From contig OX442314.1 of the NCBI GenBank assembly GCA_949358305.1, positions 2,542,001-2,606,000 of the forward strand: 64,000 bases of DNA. Reading direction: 5' to 3'. A program made the translations under genes and the position numbers. The stretch comes from Strigamia acuminata (taxonomy: Eukaryota). Position 1 is the stretch's first letter. Each line of letters starts with the position of its first letter. Below, one piece after another: positions 34,541 to 45,283 of the stretch. Under the pieces are notes generated by a model. It was not told the DNA's origin and ran no database searches. It worked only from the letters and a program-made list of their open reading frames with translations.

Positions 34541-35272
34541 TTAAACTGACGTTTTTCTTCTCAAATGGAACCGCGCGGTAAAAACTTCCCCTCTGAGATC
34601 GATGGGTTTACTATCTTGATCGGTCAACCATATCCTGACTTCGTGAATTTTGGATTGATTTTTTACCGGCAAGTACAGTATGTTATTCGGCATTTCGACT
34701 ATTTTGAAACCGGCCGGAACGTTCGGAAAAAACGCGTAAATAATCGGAGATGCTTCGCCGTTCAAGTACGAATCGGTAATTAAATCGCAGTGCACCAGTA
34801 TGGTGTTTATGTGGAAAATGTTAACGGGATTGACCGACTCGCTGGTTCCAGCCGTATATTCACGTTTTTCAAATCCAAATAAATGAGCCATGTTATTCTC
34901 GTGCGTGAAATCTACGGCATATTCCATTTGACTTATCGTCAACGTTGTGGATAAAGTGTTAATATTCTCTTTTATGTCGATGAACGGTAGATCACTGTTT
35001 TGGTCCCAATGTCCTCTCGCTTTCATCTCGGTATGTAATCGAGCGATAATGTCGACGAGTTCGTAACTACCAGGTGGGAAAGTAATGATGAGCGATGTTT
35101 TTGTTTTATCGATCGAATACACGAATACGTTGTTATTCTCGGTGATATTTGGCATTGAATTAAAAGTCTCCAGACTCACTAATCCCAATTCAAATTCATC
35201 CTCGCCCAGTAATAAAGGCGACGAGAATGTGGTGAGAAAATCAGTCTTTGTGCTACTCAATACAATAGACAT
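34541..35272 (-). CDS. Minor capsid protein (PX/penton)
   Basis: ELGLVSLETFNSMPNI..NN, FPPGSYEL, ILVHCDLITDSY, FFPNVPAGFKIVE.P...YLPV, LTDQD..PIDLRGE. Confidence 0.9.
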   Translation of the reverse strand: MSIVLSSTKTDFLTTFSSPLLLGEDEFELGLVSLETFNSMPNITENNNVFVYSIDKTKTSLIITFPPGSYELVDIIARLHTEMKARGHWDQNSDLPFIDIKENINTLSTTLTISQMEYAVDFTHENNMAHLFGFEKREYTAGTSESVNPVNIFHINTILVHCDLITDSYLNGEASPIIYAFFPNVPAGFKIVEMPNNILYLPVKNQSKIHEVRIWLTDQDSKPIDLRGEVFTARFHLRRKTSV

Positions 35273-35282
35273 GTTGTTTTTT

Positions 35283-36506
35283 TTAATTCGCGAGAATTTT
35301 CTTGCGCATGTTTTCAAACTTGGTTTTATCGAGGACTCTTTCCTCTTTTAGTTCCATAAGTATTTCTACAATTTCATTGTCGTGAGACTGGTTTCCAGCA
35401 TCCCGTGATGCATGCAACAATCGCAGCCTGTCTATTAATTCGTCCGGGTTATTGTAATACTTGTAGTCTACGGAGTTGTGCGGCCGAAACGTTTTCTTAA
35501 CGCCTTTGCCAGCTTGGGGTGTGTTCTTGCCAGCTTGGGGTGTTGTCTTTGGACGATTTTTATACAGTTCCCAAATTCGTTTAACCACTGTCATATACTT
35601 TTCTCCTTTACTAGACTTTGGCATATTAGTTGCCGAATTGTTCTTTTTAAATAACCCTTGACTAGAAATGAGAATCCTGCCGTAATCCACAAAATTTTGG
35701 TCTGTCATAGTTCCTTCAATCGGTGGAAGTTTTTGCATGAGGAGATGCATTAATGTTGGAGTACGTGAATACTTTACGTTTTTCACAAGTATATGAGTTG
35801 GAAAGAATTTAACTTCTTCGACTCCTATTTTAAATTTTGAATCATACGGGTCATATCTAATTCCAAACACCGTATCTAAATGAGCCGCATTTTCGGCGTA
35901 ATATTTCAAGAACTCTTGCTGTACTGCGTTTTGCGATTCTTTGTCCGTCATTTTTAATTCGAGACTTCTTCTTATGTCTCGTTGATATTTTATATTTGGA
36001 AGCACATGAGCAAATTGCCAATCATCATCATCAACATCATCTTCTACGAGGCTCGTCTCTCCCTCTCTTTGAAATGAAACATTTTCCTCTTCATTCCCAT
36101 CATCCCGGCCAAACTTAAGTCGAGGAGTTTCAATTTTACTCGAGGACAAGCTTTGGCGACTGAACTGCCTTTTTAAGGATGAACTTTCCCAAGGTAAGAG
36201 CGGTGATTCTAGATCCATTTCGTACTTTAAATTATTGGACTTACTTGTAATGGGTGTGAAAGATGACAACTCTCTTTTAATGGGAGTGGAAGGTGAGGAT
36301 TTGAAAGTCGTAGGTGGTAGAGCAAGGGGTGGAGATAGTTGCTGCTGCTGCTGCGGCAGGCTATGCAATGCGGAAGTTACAGGTTTGAAGAATGCACCGA
36401 GCGCTTCATCTTCGGATCCTCTGTTTAACTTATCTTGCAGAAACTTTTTTTTCAAGCTCTGTTTTAATTTCTCGTAATTTCCACGCTGCTGTTTATTCAT
36501 GTTCAT
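35283..36506 (-). CDS. Hypothetical Polinton protein (407 aa)
   Basis: Intact ORF in the gene run, overlapping the ATPase stop; FKPVT, DTVFGIR..., C-terminal YYNNPDELIDRLRLL..S..AGN.SH.NEI. Confidence 0.75.
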   Translation of the reverse strand: MNMNKQQRGNYEKLKQSLKKKFLQDKLNRGSEDEALGAFFKPVTSALHSLPQQQQQLSPPLALPPTTFKSSPSTPIKRELSSFTPITSKSNNLKYEMDLESPLLPWESSSLKRQFSRQSLSSSKIETPRLKFGRDDGNEEENVSFQREGETSLVEDDVDDDDWQFAHVLPNIKYQRDIRRSLELKMTDKESQNAVQQEFLKYYAENAAHLDTVFGIRYDPYDSKFKIGVEEVKFFPTHILVKNVKYSRTPTLMHLLMQKLPPIEGTMTDQNFVDYGRILISSQGLFKKNNSATNMPKSSKGEKYMTVVKRIWELYKNRPKTTPQAGKNTPQAGKGVKKTFRPHNSVDYKYYNNPDELIDRLRLLHASRDAGNQSHDNEIVEILMELKEERVLDKTKFENMRKKILAN

Positions 36507-37170
36507 TTTTTAAAAATGGGGAAAATTTATTTTTATATCTCCCGCTCGACATAGACTTGGTCTTGTCAATGGTGAGAAAGCCAAACGTATCATCATCCCA
36601 ACACGACTTACACATGTCTCTGAATCGAACGTACGTCATGTCCGTTCCAACATGGTTGTCAAAAACGTGTTTCATGTTTCTTTCGTCTTGTCTGAACATG
36701 ATTATTAAATTGGCATTGTCTCTTATCACCTGTTTTGGGATCCGGCTATAAGTCTGACACAAGTAAAAAGAGTCTACGTTACTATGACGGCCCTGGGCAA
36801 AATATTTCTCAATATTATGTTGCTTGTCGGTCATCACATCGTCAAACACAAAAATAGACTTGTTCACAGTTTTATCAAAAAGTTGTTCGGGAGACGGCAC
36901 ATCTTCGTTGCTCGGGAAGAAATGAGCTACCTGTTTGCCCAATTCCGATTCTAGATCCTCGAACAACTCTCTTAACCGCTCGTATTTTGGTTGAAATAAA
37001 GTTTTAGAAAACACCATCAGCTTGTCAAACCGTAACCAGTGCAGGAAGTTTAGCAACAGATTCGTTTTCCCACATTCAGCCGGGCCACACATGATGCATC
37101 TTATGTTTTTCGGCAGAATCGACTTATCACATTTGTCCAAACGCCCCGTGTCAAAATTTATGACATTCAT
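36493..37170 (-). CDS. A32/FtsK-like genome-packaging ATPase
   Basis: Walker A GPAECGKT; Walker B FVFDD; GRH; YLCQTY..IPK..IRDN. Confidence 0.95.
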   Translation of the reverse strand: MNVINFDTGRLDKCDKSILPKNIRCIMCGPAECGKTNLLLNFLHWLRFDKLMVFSKTLFQPKYERLRELFEDLESELGKQVAHFFPSNEDVPSPEQLFDKTVNKSIFVFDDVMTDKQHNIEKYFAQGRHSNVDSFYLCQTYSRIPKQVIRDNANLIIMFRQDERNMKHVFDNHVGTDMTYVRFRDMCKSCWDDDTFGFLTIDKTKSMSSGRYKNKFSPFLKNEHE

Positions 37171-37205
37171 TTTTTATATTCCCGTAATAAAAAAAGAAGA
37201 CAAAC

Positions 37206-37711
37206 ATGTTTTGCGTTAAATGCAAAAAGTCTACTCCTACCGGCACGTTGGAAATGGGTGTCACTAAGAACAACAGAGCCTACAAAAGAGGCAAATGCTT
37301 GGCATGCGGGACCTTGAAATATCAGTTCATAAAAAAAAAAAATCTCCAGCAACCGGAAAAGGACTTTTGAATAAACTAATCAATAAATTACCGGTAGAAA
37401 TGCATATCCCCGGGTACAACTATTGCGGTCCGGGCACAAAATTAGATAAACGTCTAACAAGAGGTGATAAAGGCATAAACCCATTGGATGAAGCGTGCAA
37501 ACTGCACGACATTGCTTACATAAATGAGAATTTAGAAGCCAGACACGAAGCAGACAGAAAGTTGGTCGAAGCGTGCGTTTTAATCATCTCCGATCCAACA
37601 GTCAGTTTAAGCACAAAATTAGCCGCCAAAGCAATCAAAGCAACGTTCAATACCAAACTTAAACTGGGAATGGGACTAAAAAAAAAAAAAAAAAAAAAAT
37701 GCCCGACATAG
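37206..37711 (+). CDS. Zn-ribbon plus parvovirus-type PLA2 protein (PW-like); frame broken in an A12 run at 37331-37342
   Basis: MFCVKCKK...TKNNRAYKRGKCLACG from ATG 37206, then in the -1 frame HIPGYNYCGPGT...NPLDEACKLHDIAY (Ca-loop and HD dyad). Confidence 0.85.
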
Positions 37712-38652
37712 AACAACTGGTATCTGAATTACATAAGCCGGCACGTAGGCATTACGACAGACGTCCGGTCGTATCTTTTGCAATCAACGACTTATGGCAG
37801 ATCGATTTAGTCGAATTGATACCTTTTTCCCGTGTAAACAAAGGTTATAAATACTTATTAACGGTTATAGATGCGTTCTCTAAATATGCGTATGCGGTTC
37901 CCATCAAATCAAAGACTGGCAAAGACGTAACCGCTGCATTTGAAAAGGTGCTTGTCAAAGCGGGGAATAAGGGGCCGGTCAACATGGCATCCGATTGGGG
38001 GAAAGAATTCTACAATTCCCATTTCAAGGCACTGGTCAAAAAGTTCAACATCAACCATTTTTCCACACACTCGCCGTTGAAAGCGAGCATGGTCGAGCGG
38101 TTCAATCGCACGCTCAAAGAGCGCATGTACAGGCATTTTACTTTGAAAGGTTCGAGGAATTGGATTACTATCTTACCCCAATTGATGACCCGTTATAACT
38201 CTTCGGTTCACCGTACGACCAACATGAAACCCAAAAATGTGGCTCCCAAACATGAAAAGGCGCTCAGACTAAAATTACTTCCCGAACCAGCAACGTCCAA
38301 GCCTAAATTCAAAGTGGGCGACCGAGTGCGTATTTCCAAATCCAAATCCATATTTGACAAAGGGTTTTTGCAAAATTGGACTAATGAAATCTTTACAATT
38401 GATAAAGTGGACACGACGTATGAACCTCCAATTTTCAAATTGAAAGACAGTTTGGGAGAATCGATCGAAGGTTCCTTTTACCGTGAAGAACTCCAAAAAA
38501 CTGAAACCAGGGTAGATGATCCCTATTTGATCGAGAAAGTCATTAGAAAAAAGAAAAACAGCGATGGATCATGGAAGTACCTAGTGAAATGGGTCGGCTA
38601 CGATCAGAAGCATAATTCATGGGTGGATGATCTCATCGACATTAAAAAATGA
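37699..38652 (+). CDS. int: Retroviral-like integrase with a C-terminal chromodomain
   Basis: WQIDLV, IDAFSKY, SDWGKEF, VERFNRTLK; YLIEKVI...YLVKWVGY...NSWV. Confidence 0.96.
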   Translation: MPDIEQLVSELHKPARRHYDRRPVVSFAINDLWQIDLVELIPFSRVNKGYKYLLTVIDAFSKYAYAVPIKSKTGKDVTAAFEKVLVKAGNKGPVNMASDWGKEFYNSHFKALVKKFNINHFSTHSPLKASMVERFNRTLKERMYRHFTLKGSRNWITILPQLMTRYNSSVHRTTNMKPKNVAPKHEKALRLKLLPEPATSKPKFKVGDRVRISKSKSIFDKGFLQNWTNEIFTIDKVDTTYEPPIFKLKDSLGESIEGSFYREELQKTETRVDDPYLIEKVIRKKKNSDGSWKYLVKWVGYDQKHNSWVDDLIDIKK

Positions 38653-39068
38653 ATAACGTGGAAATTTACAACTGGGCGAAGAATAAACTACGTATCGCTC
38701 ACTTCAACAACGTGTTGCCCATCGATTGCTTGAAACCGCTCGCGAATCACCGGGGCAAGAATGAAAGCTTCGTCATCAATTTAGACCCATCGACGGGTGG
38801 TGGTACCCATTGGGTGAGCTTGTATCTTTGCAATGACAGAGGCATATACTTTGATAATTTGGGAAACGTTCCACCTAAAGAGATCATTGATTTCGTCGGA
38901 AGAGACGTTACCCTAGATTATGCTACAAAAGAAGTGTATTCGTTGACAAAAGAGGATTCTTGCGGGATGTTTTGCCTCTTTGCGCTCTATTTAGCAGCCA
39001 ATCTTAATCTCAGGCAGAATACAATCATTAAAATCATTCGAGGAATGAATAATCTTGAGTTGTTGTAA
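38649..39068 (+). CDS. Second adenain-like cysteine protease
   Basis: VINLD...GGTHWV, YFDNLG..PP, SCGMFCL; the oxyanion Gln appears replaced. Confidence 0.85.
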   Translation: MNNVEIYNWAKNKLRIAHFNNVLPIDCLKPLANHRGKNESFVINLDPSTGGGTHWVSLYLCNDRGIYFDNLGNVPPKEIIDFVGRDVTLDYATKEVYSLTKEDSCGMFCLFALYLAANLNLRQNTIIKIIRGMNNLELL

Positions 39069-39304
39069 AGTAAACCCAATTTCCATTTTTCACAAAAAAA
39101 TGAAATTATTTAAGAAGTTAAAACGAACCTAATTTGAAATCAACGAAGATTCACACAAAACCTTGCGGAAAGTCTCCAAACAAGCACGGGCATGTGTTAA
39201 AGTCCGTGTTAAATCAAAAAATGAAACCGTAACAAAAATTTTCTATATATAAAAAAAAGCAACATTATTATATTCACTTCAATTTGAGAAAGAAAAGAAT
39301 TAAA

Positions 39305-39586
39305 ATGTATCTCTTTGAACTCCAACAGAACAAAACTACCGATGAAAGGAAAATAATTTTGAAACATTTATCCTTATTTTTATTGGTCCATTATGGTGGC
39401 TCAATAGATGAGAGAACTGATTCGTTACTTTTGTGGCGACCGGCATTTCAGATTAAAATCCAAACCCTGCTGGAAAAACTTGGAAGATTTTCCAGTGAGA
39501 ATATTGAACACGTCAAATACGTACATGACAATGTAACTATAGCAGAAATCCAGGAATTGGCCGAGATAAGCCATTTATTCGGATAG
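39305..39586 (+). CDS. Hypothetical 93-aa Polinton ORF
   Basis: TAAAATG start with TATATATAAAA about 60 bp upstream; no recognised motif. Confidence 0.45.
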   Translation: MYLFELQQNKTTDERKIILKHLSLFLLVHYGGSIDERTDSLLLWRPAFQIKIQTLLEKLGRFSSENIEHVKYVHDNVTIAEIQELAEISHLFG

Positions 39587-39703
39587 ACAAAGAAAGAAAA
39601 TAAAAAAAAAACAAAAAAAGGAACAAAACTTAAAGAAGAAAAAAGCTACATTCATATATTCCATTTTTTGCACACAAACGGCCACCATTTGACCCTCAAA
39701 CAC

Positions 39704-42078
39704 ACAAACACTAAGCATGATGCCAGAGCTAAGCCAGCCGTGCCATAAACAGGCCGACTTTGTTAGCCTGACCGATCAAACAAACAAACAAACAAACACC
39801 ACTCGAGGGGGGATGCAGACAATTCAACCAGCAGCCACAAATCATCAACTGCTCAATTAACACACATCAACTGAATGCCAGAGCTAAGTCAGCCGTGCCA
39901 TAAACAGGCCGACATCATTAGTTCAGTCACTTCAGCCACTTCTGACTCTTGCTTACCTTGAAAATCTAGTCCTATCTTGTCTTTTCTTGTCCCGTCTTGT
40001 CCTATCTTGCCTTTTCTTGTCCCGTCTTGTCCTTTCTTGCCTTTTCTTGTCCTGTCTTGTCCTATCTGGTCCTATCTTGTCCTGGGATCGCTTTGTTGTA
40101 AATTTTTCAAAGTTTTTTTTGAAAATTTTGAAAATTCGGGCATAGGTTGCCCACTCCTTCAGGGTCCAAGGTTGTTGATCAACTGAAAAAATTCTGATTT
40201 GTCACTCCTTATATACCCGTGATGTGACCTTTAAGAAAATTCAATTAGAAACCAGTTTGAACCGGTTTGGTACCTTATAACATCACGCAATTAAATATCT
40301 ATTCATTTGTGAAAAAAAAATTGAAGGGTAAGCATCATTTTTTTATGCTCCTGAAATCCATCTGTGTCCTTTCTTGTCCTAAGGTCGCTTTGTTGTAAAT
40401 TTTTCCAAATTTTTTTTTAAAAAATCAGAAATTCGGGCATAGGTTGCCCACTCCTTCAGGGTCCAAATTCGTTGATCAACTGAAAAAATTCTGATTTGTC
40501 ACCCCTTATATACCCACAAAAGATCATTCTAGAAAATTCAAGTAAAAACTAGTTTGAACCGGTTTGGAAGGGGATTCCCCGTTTTTTTTGCAGTATATAA
40601 GGAGTGACAAATCAGAATTTTTTCAGTTGATCAACGAATTTGGACCCTGAAGGAGTGGGCAACCTATGCCCAAATTTCAAAATTTTCAAAAAAAAAAACT
40701 TTGAAAAATTTTCATTTTGTCCAGGAGTCAAATTTAGGATTTTTGGTTGCCAATTTTGTTAGCAGATGGCGCTGACACACGTCTATTCAACCACGAGTTC
40801 ACTCACTTGGATTTCACTGCCTCCAGCTATCAGCCGCGCCATTCACTGAAAAAACCTGCTTTGCAAGTGACCGGCCTGTTGCGTAACCGTAGTGAGCGCC
40901 GTCTGGTGAGTTTTAGATGAATTAAAGGTATAAACAAAGCAGGAAAAAGCAGTCGGTTAACGGTATGATTCTATCCTTTCTTGTTCTTTCTTGTCTTTTC
41001 TTGTCTTTTCTTGTCCTTTCTTGTCCTTTCTTGTCCTTTCTTGTCTTTTCTTGTTTTATTGTAAATTTTACTAAGTTTTTTTTTTCAAAAAATTTTCAAA
41101 GTTTTTTTTGAAAAAAAATCAAAAATTTGGGCATAGGTACCCCACTCCGACAGGGTCCAAAGTCGTTGATCAACTGAAAAAATTCTGATTTGTCACTCCT
41201 TATATACCCACAAAACCGGAAGTGATGAGTCATCACAGAACATTCTAGAAAATTCCAATCCAGGTCAATCCAGGAAGAAATAAGAGATAATAAAAATTCT
41301 AGAAAATTCCAATCCAGGTCAATCCAGGAAGAAATAAGAGATAATAAAAATTCTAGAAAATTCCAATCAAGGACAATCCAGGAAGAAATAAGAGATAATA
41401 AAAATTCACTCCTTATATACCGCAAAACGGGGAATCCCCTCCAAAACCAGTTTGAACCGGTTTGGAACCGTATGACATCACGCAATTAAATATCTTTTCA
41501 CTCGTGAAAAAAAATTTGAAGAGTAAGCATCATTTTTTTATGCTCCTGAAATCCATCTGAGTCATTGCCTGTGAGACATGTCACGTGACCGGTGAAAAAC
41601 ACACAACCATTTTTTTGGACCGATCCTAATGAAACTCGACCATCTAGTCAAACCCGTATATAAACGGCCGCCATTTTGTCCATTTTGCCCTCGGGCCAAA
41701 TTTGGGACTTTTAGTAGCCAATTTTGATAGTAGATGGCGCCGACACGTGTCAACACAGAAGCTATTGCCCGAGGGCATGACGAGTGACCGGTTCATACAC
41801 ACAACCATTTTTTTGGACCGATCGTAACGAAATTCGACCATCTGGTCAAACCCGTATATAAACGGCCGCCATTTTGTCCATTTTGCCCTCGGGCCAAATT
41901 TGGGACTTTTAGTAGCCAATTTTGATAATAGATGGCGCTGCCTATCCTAAACCTAACCTAACCTAAACATCCTCATTCTCCCGCCCTCGAACCACTTCCT
42001 CATGCCTCTAAGTTTGAGCCAGAAATGAAGGATTGCACCTTTGGTGCTTGATCCAATGGAGTAAATTTTCCAACAACA
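39704..42078. repeat. Polinton right TIR (about 2.4 kb, rearranged relative to the left)
   Basis: Reverse complement of left-TIR blocks; extra internal inverted pair 40428-40513/40593-40678; ~200-bp duplication at ~41585-41940. Confidence 0.9.
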
Positions 42079-43781
42079 GCCACCCAATTCGTATTTGCAA
42101 GCATTCCACGCGCGGTTTGAAAGCAAATACCGTTAGGCTCGACACTCCAGCAGTCCCCTGCAAGAGCCGCCCTCCCTGCTGTCCGAGACCCAATTTCGAC
42201 AGTAAGGCAGTGAAATTGACAAAAATGTGCCATAAGTGGCCACAAAAACACAAAAAAGCCAAAATTACGCCGAACTGCTTCCACCAGTGCCCGGGACAGG
42301 GTTGGAAACCCAGTCTCCGTGTGCTCTCCTTAAGTACGCGTGCCTGTAATTCAAAAGATTAATCAAACCGCTGAAACCAGGAATGTACCTCTGGCCAGTA
42401 ATGAACAGCGCTTCCCTAAATATACCGCATTAGTTTATTGCTGTCCGGGCGAAGCACAGGGCTGAACTGGGATATACTGCACCCAGCAGCATGCCTGCCC
42501 ACCACAACAACACTACAAACACATTTCCCGCCAAAAAACACACTCGGAAAAAGCACCAAATTGCCCGACCCTGAGGGAGAAATAAAAGAACTTAATCCAC
42601 CAAATGTTAGGTGTGGTGTCGACCCTCTAAGACACTCATTACGTCAGCGTAACCTCAGGAATGTCATGAGTAACACATTGTTGGTTTGTGAAAACCTAAC
42701 CTCTACACACCCCACTTTCAAATTGTGTTTGAAATGACGAACCAGATCCAATCCAACACTCCAAACCACAACATCCGAGCACCTACAAATGGTTTCTCAC
42801 CTCTATAGGTTGCACACCAAGAAAAGAAAAATTATAAAATTAAAAATAAGGGGGTGCCCAACTTGTGTGCTGGTTGACCCTTGTCCCCCCAAGCTAATTA
42901 TAGGAACAAACGAGGTCAGACTCAAGCCAAGCCAAACACACAAAGAAAAACACCAAACAAAACAAAATAAAATTGGAAATCAAACTAATGTGCTGACTGG
43001 ACATTACCTTCATGAGATGAATTTAAAAAGACAACTCAATCCAATCCTAACCAGACCAAACACAAAAGAAAAATAAACCAAAAAAAAATAATATAAAATT
43101 GCACAAATTAACCCAAGACTTGAGCATTACCCAGCCCAAACAAGAGAAAAAGATGTGGCAGAAGAAAAATAAATGTTTCCCAACCCGGCACAAAAACCAA
43201 ACAAACAGTAAAAATGAGGTTTTAAAACAAGGTCACTGCAGTTCAATTAAGTACAAGGGGTGGAGAACACAAAAGAAGATACACAATGGTGCCCATTCCT
43301 GTAACTGCATAAGGGAGAGAGCAAGACTCCCCAGGCTAATTAGAGGAACAAAACATCAAAGTGCTTTGGTCAGTTGCAGTGCGTCTGAAAATAAATTTCA
43401 GAGCCCCAACCACAACAGCACTGAGAAAAATACAATTCCAAGACCTTCAAATGAAAAAGTGCCCAGCCCTCACAACTAAGCCTCTCACGCGACTCAAAGT
43501 GACAAACAAAAACACCCTCCAAATTCCTCAGTCTCAAAGAAAAACATTTAACCCAAAATCCAAAAAATAAGAAAATGAAAAACAATACAATTGTCCCCCG
43601 CCAAAAAAATAGAGCCAAAATGTACCAACACTCTGAACAATGAATAAAACAACCTGCAACAAAAACAAAATTGAAACAAGCGACAACCACAATGTAACAA
43701 AGGGTCTGCACACAAAGCAAAACAAAATGGCGGGCAAAAAAAAAAATTTTACAAGTTCAAATCCAGGACAGGGCCCTCAAT

Positions 43782-44374
43782 TGTGACTGCTATGGTCTCT
43801 TCCGGTGTAGTCAGGGGACTGAGAACACTTGGTAGAGACGCATACTTCACGTAAATGACGGAGACTTCCCACAATATTGGTTGGTTGGCCTTTATTGCGT
43901 TGTCTAGGGGTATGGGGAAACCCGTCACCCGCTGCAGAGGTGCCACGAAGGCACACCGCACCGGCAACCGACCCGCCACACATTGGGTGGGAACCCAATG
44001 CGTGGCGTGGTCGGTTCGACTTAACATTCGTGTCGTACTTACCTACGACCCACGCGTCCACTCATGGAGGCTGTACAACGGTGGGAGCCGTCATACTGAG
44101 TATCATCGTGGTGAATGGTGAGGAGTACAGAGTCAAACCGGGACACTGCTTGTCCCTCCCAGATGAACACCTTCTCCTCTCGGGGAGCTGCTGCAGGCAC
44201 GTCCTTCTCAGGCCGTGTCCAACACTCAACTCACTCACACCACTCCCTCCTCACCACACCACTCCACTCCCTCCTCCCCGGGCTAGGTCAACTACCCACG
44301 TAGGGGTTGACCTTTGGGGCCGCACGGTGGTGTGTGGCAGTGCCGCAGGTCACCTAGGTGGCCTGGTGGTCACA
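43782..44374 (-). repeat. 5' LTR of the nested element
   Basis: 593-bp copy of 14574-15166, adjacent to a PBS-like sequence. Confidence 0.95.
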
Positions 44375-44378
44375 CCGC

Positions 44379-44928
44379 ATTAAAGCGTGTATTGAGATAC
44401 CTGAAGGGGACGGTGGACTACAAGCTCAACTACGGAGGAGAAGAAAGCAACATCCACGGTTATTCAGACGCAAGCTGGGACCGGACGGCAAACGCACGAT
44501 CGTTTTCAGGATTTATTGCGATGGACGGAGGTTCGATCATTAACTGGAAGTGCCAGAAACAGGCGATTGTCGCAATGTCGAGTACAGAGAGTGAGCTCTT
44601 GGCGCTGACCGAGGGAGTGCGCGAATTAATTTGGTTGAAGCAGCTCGCAATTGGATTAAATGGAGAAATAGATGACGGAAATCCAACAACAATGCACTGT
44701 GACAGTTTGAACGCGGTGAAGCTGTTGCGAGGCGATGCACAGAAGACGAGGACCAAGCACTTGAATCGAAAAGTGCATTTCATCAAACAAGAAATCGAGG
44801 ATGGAAACATTGTCGTGGAACATGTCGCAAGCAAAGACATGTTAGCAGACTTTTTGACGAAACCTTTGGCGGGACCTGCACTGAATGGGATATTAGAAGC
44901 ACTAGGACTAAAGACTGTGGGGGAATAA
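44379..44928 (+). pseudogene. pol: Copia pol 3' part (end of RT and RNase H)
   Basis: LKRVLRYLKGT, GYSDASW, SSTESE, CDSLNA, RTKHL, MLADFLTKPL. Confidence 0.95.
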
Positions 44929-45075
44929 TAACATTATTGTGTGCAGTGTTCATTTTTTATTCATTTGATTTGTTAGTTGTGAATTACCATGAAAGTTGAA
45001 GATTTGTTTTTGATTGATTGTGTTTATTGAGAAGTGTTTTTATAACGAAATCGAATTGTTGATTTTGGGGGAATT

Positions 45076-45283
45076 TGTTGGGATATTTGTTGTGGAAAAT
45101 CACCACTTGATGTCATTAACTGTGTAGCTTGCGTAGTTTTTTGCTTGTGTATCCTGTGGTGACACTCATACCATATATGGAGTGCTCACTTCCTGTGTTC
45201 CCCACTCATCTGCTCAATGTGTAACTGTGAGGACACACATTTCGTTGTATTAAACTCAACCGTATTTATCTTGAATCATAACA
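45076..45283 (+). repeat. Copia 3' LTR
   Basis: 208 bp; preceded by GGGGGAA PPT; followed by TSD ATAAC. Confidence 0.97.

Larger units (their letters stand above)
24752..42078. mobile_element. Polinton/Maverick (endogenous virus-like element), 17,327 bp
   Basis: Termini TGTTGTTGGAAAATTTAC/GTAAATTTTCCAACAACA; 6-bp TSD GCCACC (24746-24751, 42079-42084); encodes pPolB, integrase, ATPase, protease, and major and minor capsid proteins. Confidence 0.97.
14574..44374 (-). mobile_element. Gypsy-derived non-autonomous LTR element (about 12.5 kb without the Polinton)
   Basis: 593-bp LTRs TGTGAC...GTCACA; 4-bp TSD CCGC (14570-14573, 44375-44378); minus-strand PPT at 15167-15177; degenerate tRNA-Pro-like PBS at ~43761-43779; Gypsy-order PR-RT-RH on the minus strand. 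Confidence 0.93.
10556..45283 (+). mobile_element. Ty1/Copia LTR retrotransposon (about 4.9 kb native), split by a 29.8-kb nested insertion
   Basis: Two 208-bp TG...CA LTRs; 5-bp TSD ATAAC (10551-10555, 45284-45288); gag-PR-IN-RT-RH order; RT frame HFTA|LKRVLRYLKGT rejoins across 14573/44379. Confidence 0.97.

Noticed and set aside
42085..43781. Possible gag of the nested LTR element
   Set aside because: Strand-biased low-complexity sequence with only short ORFs and no capsid or CCHC motif; the same holds for 23475-24745
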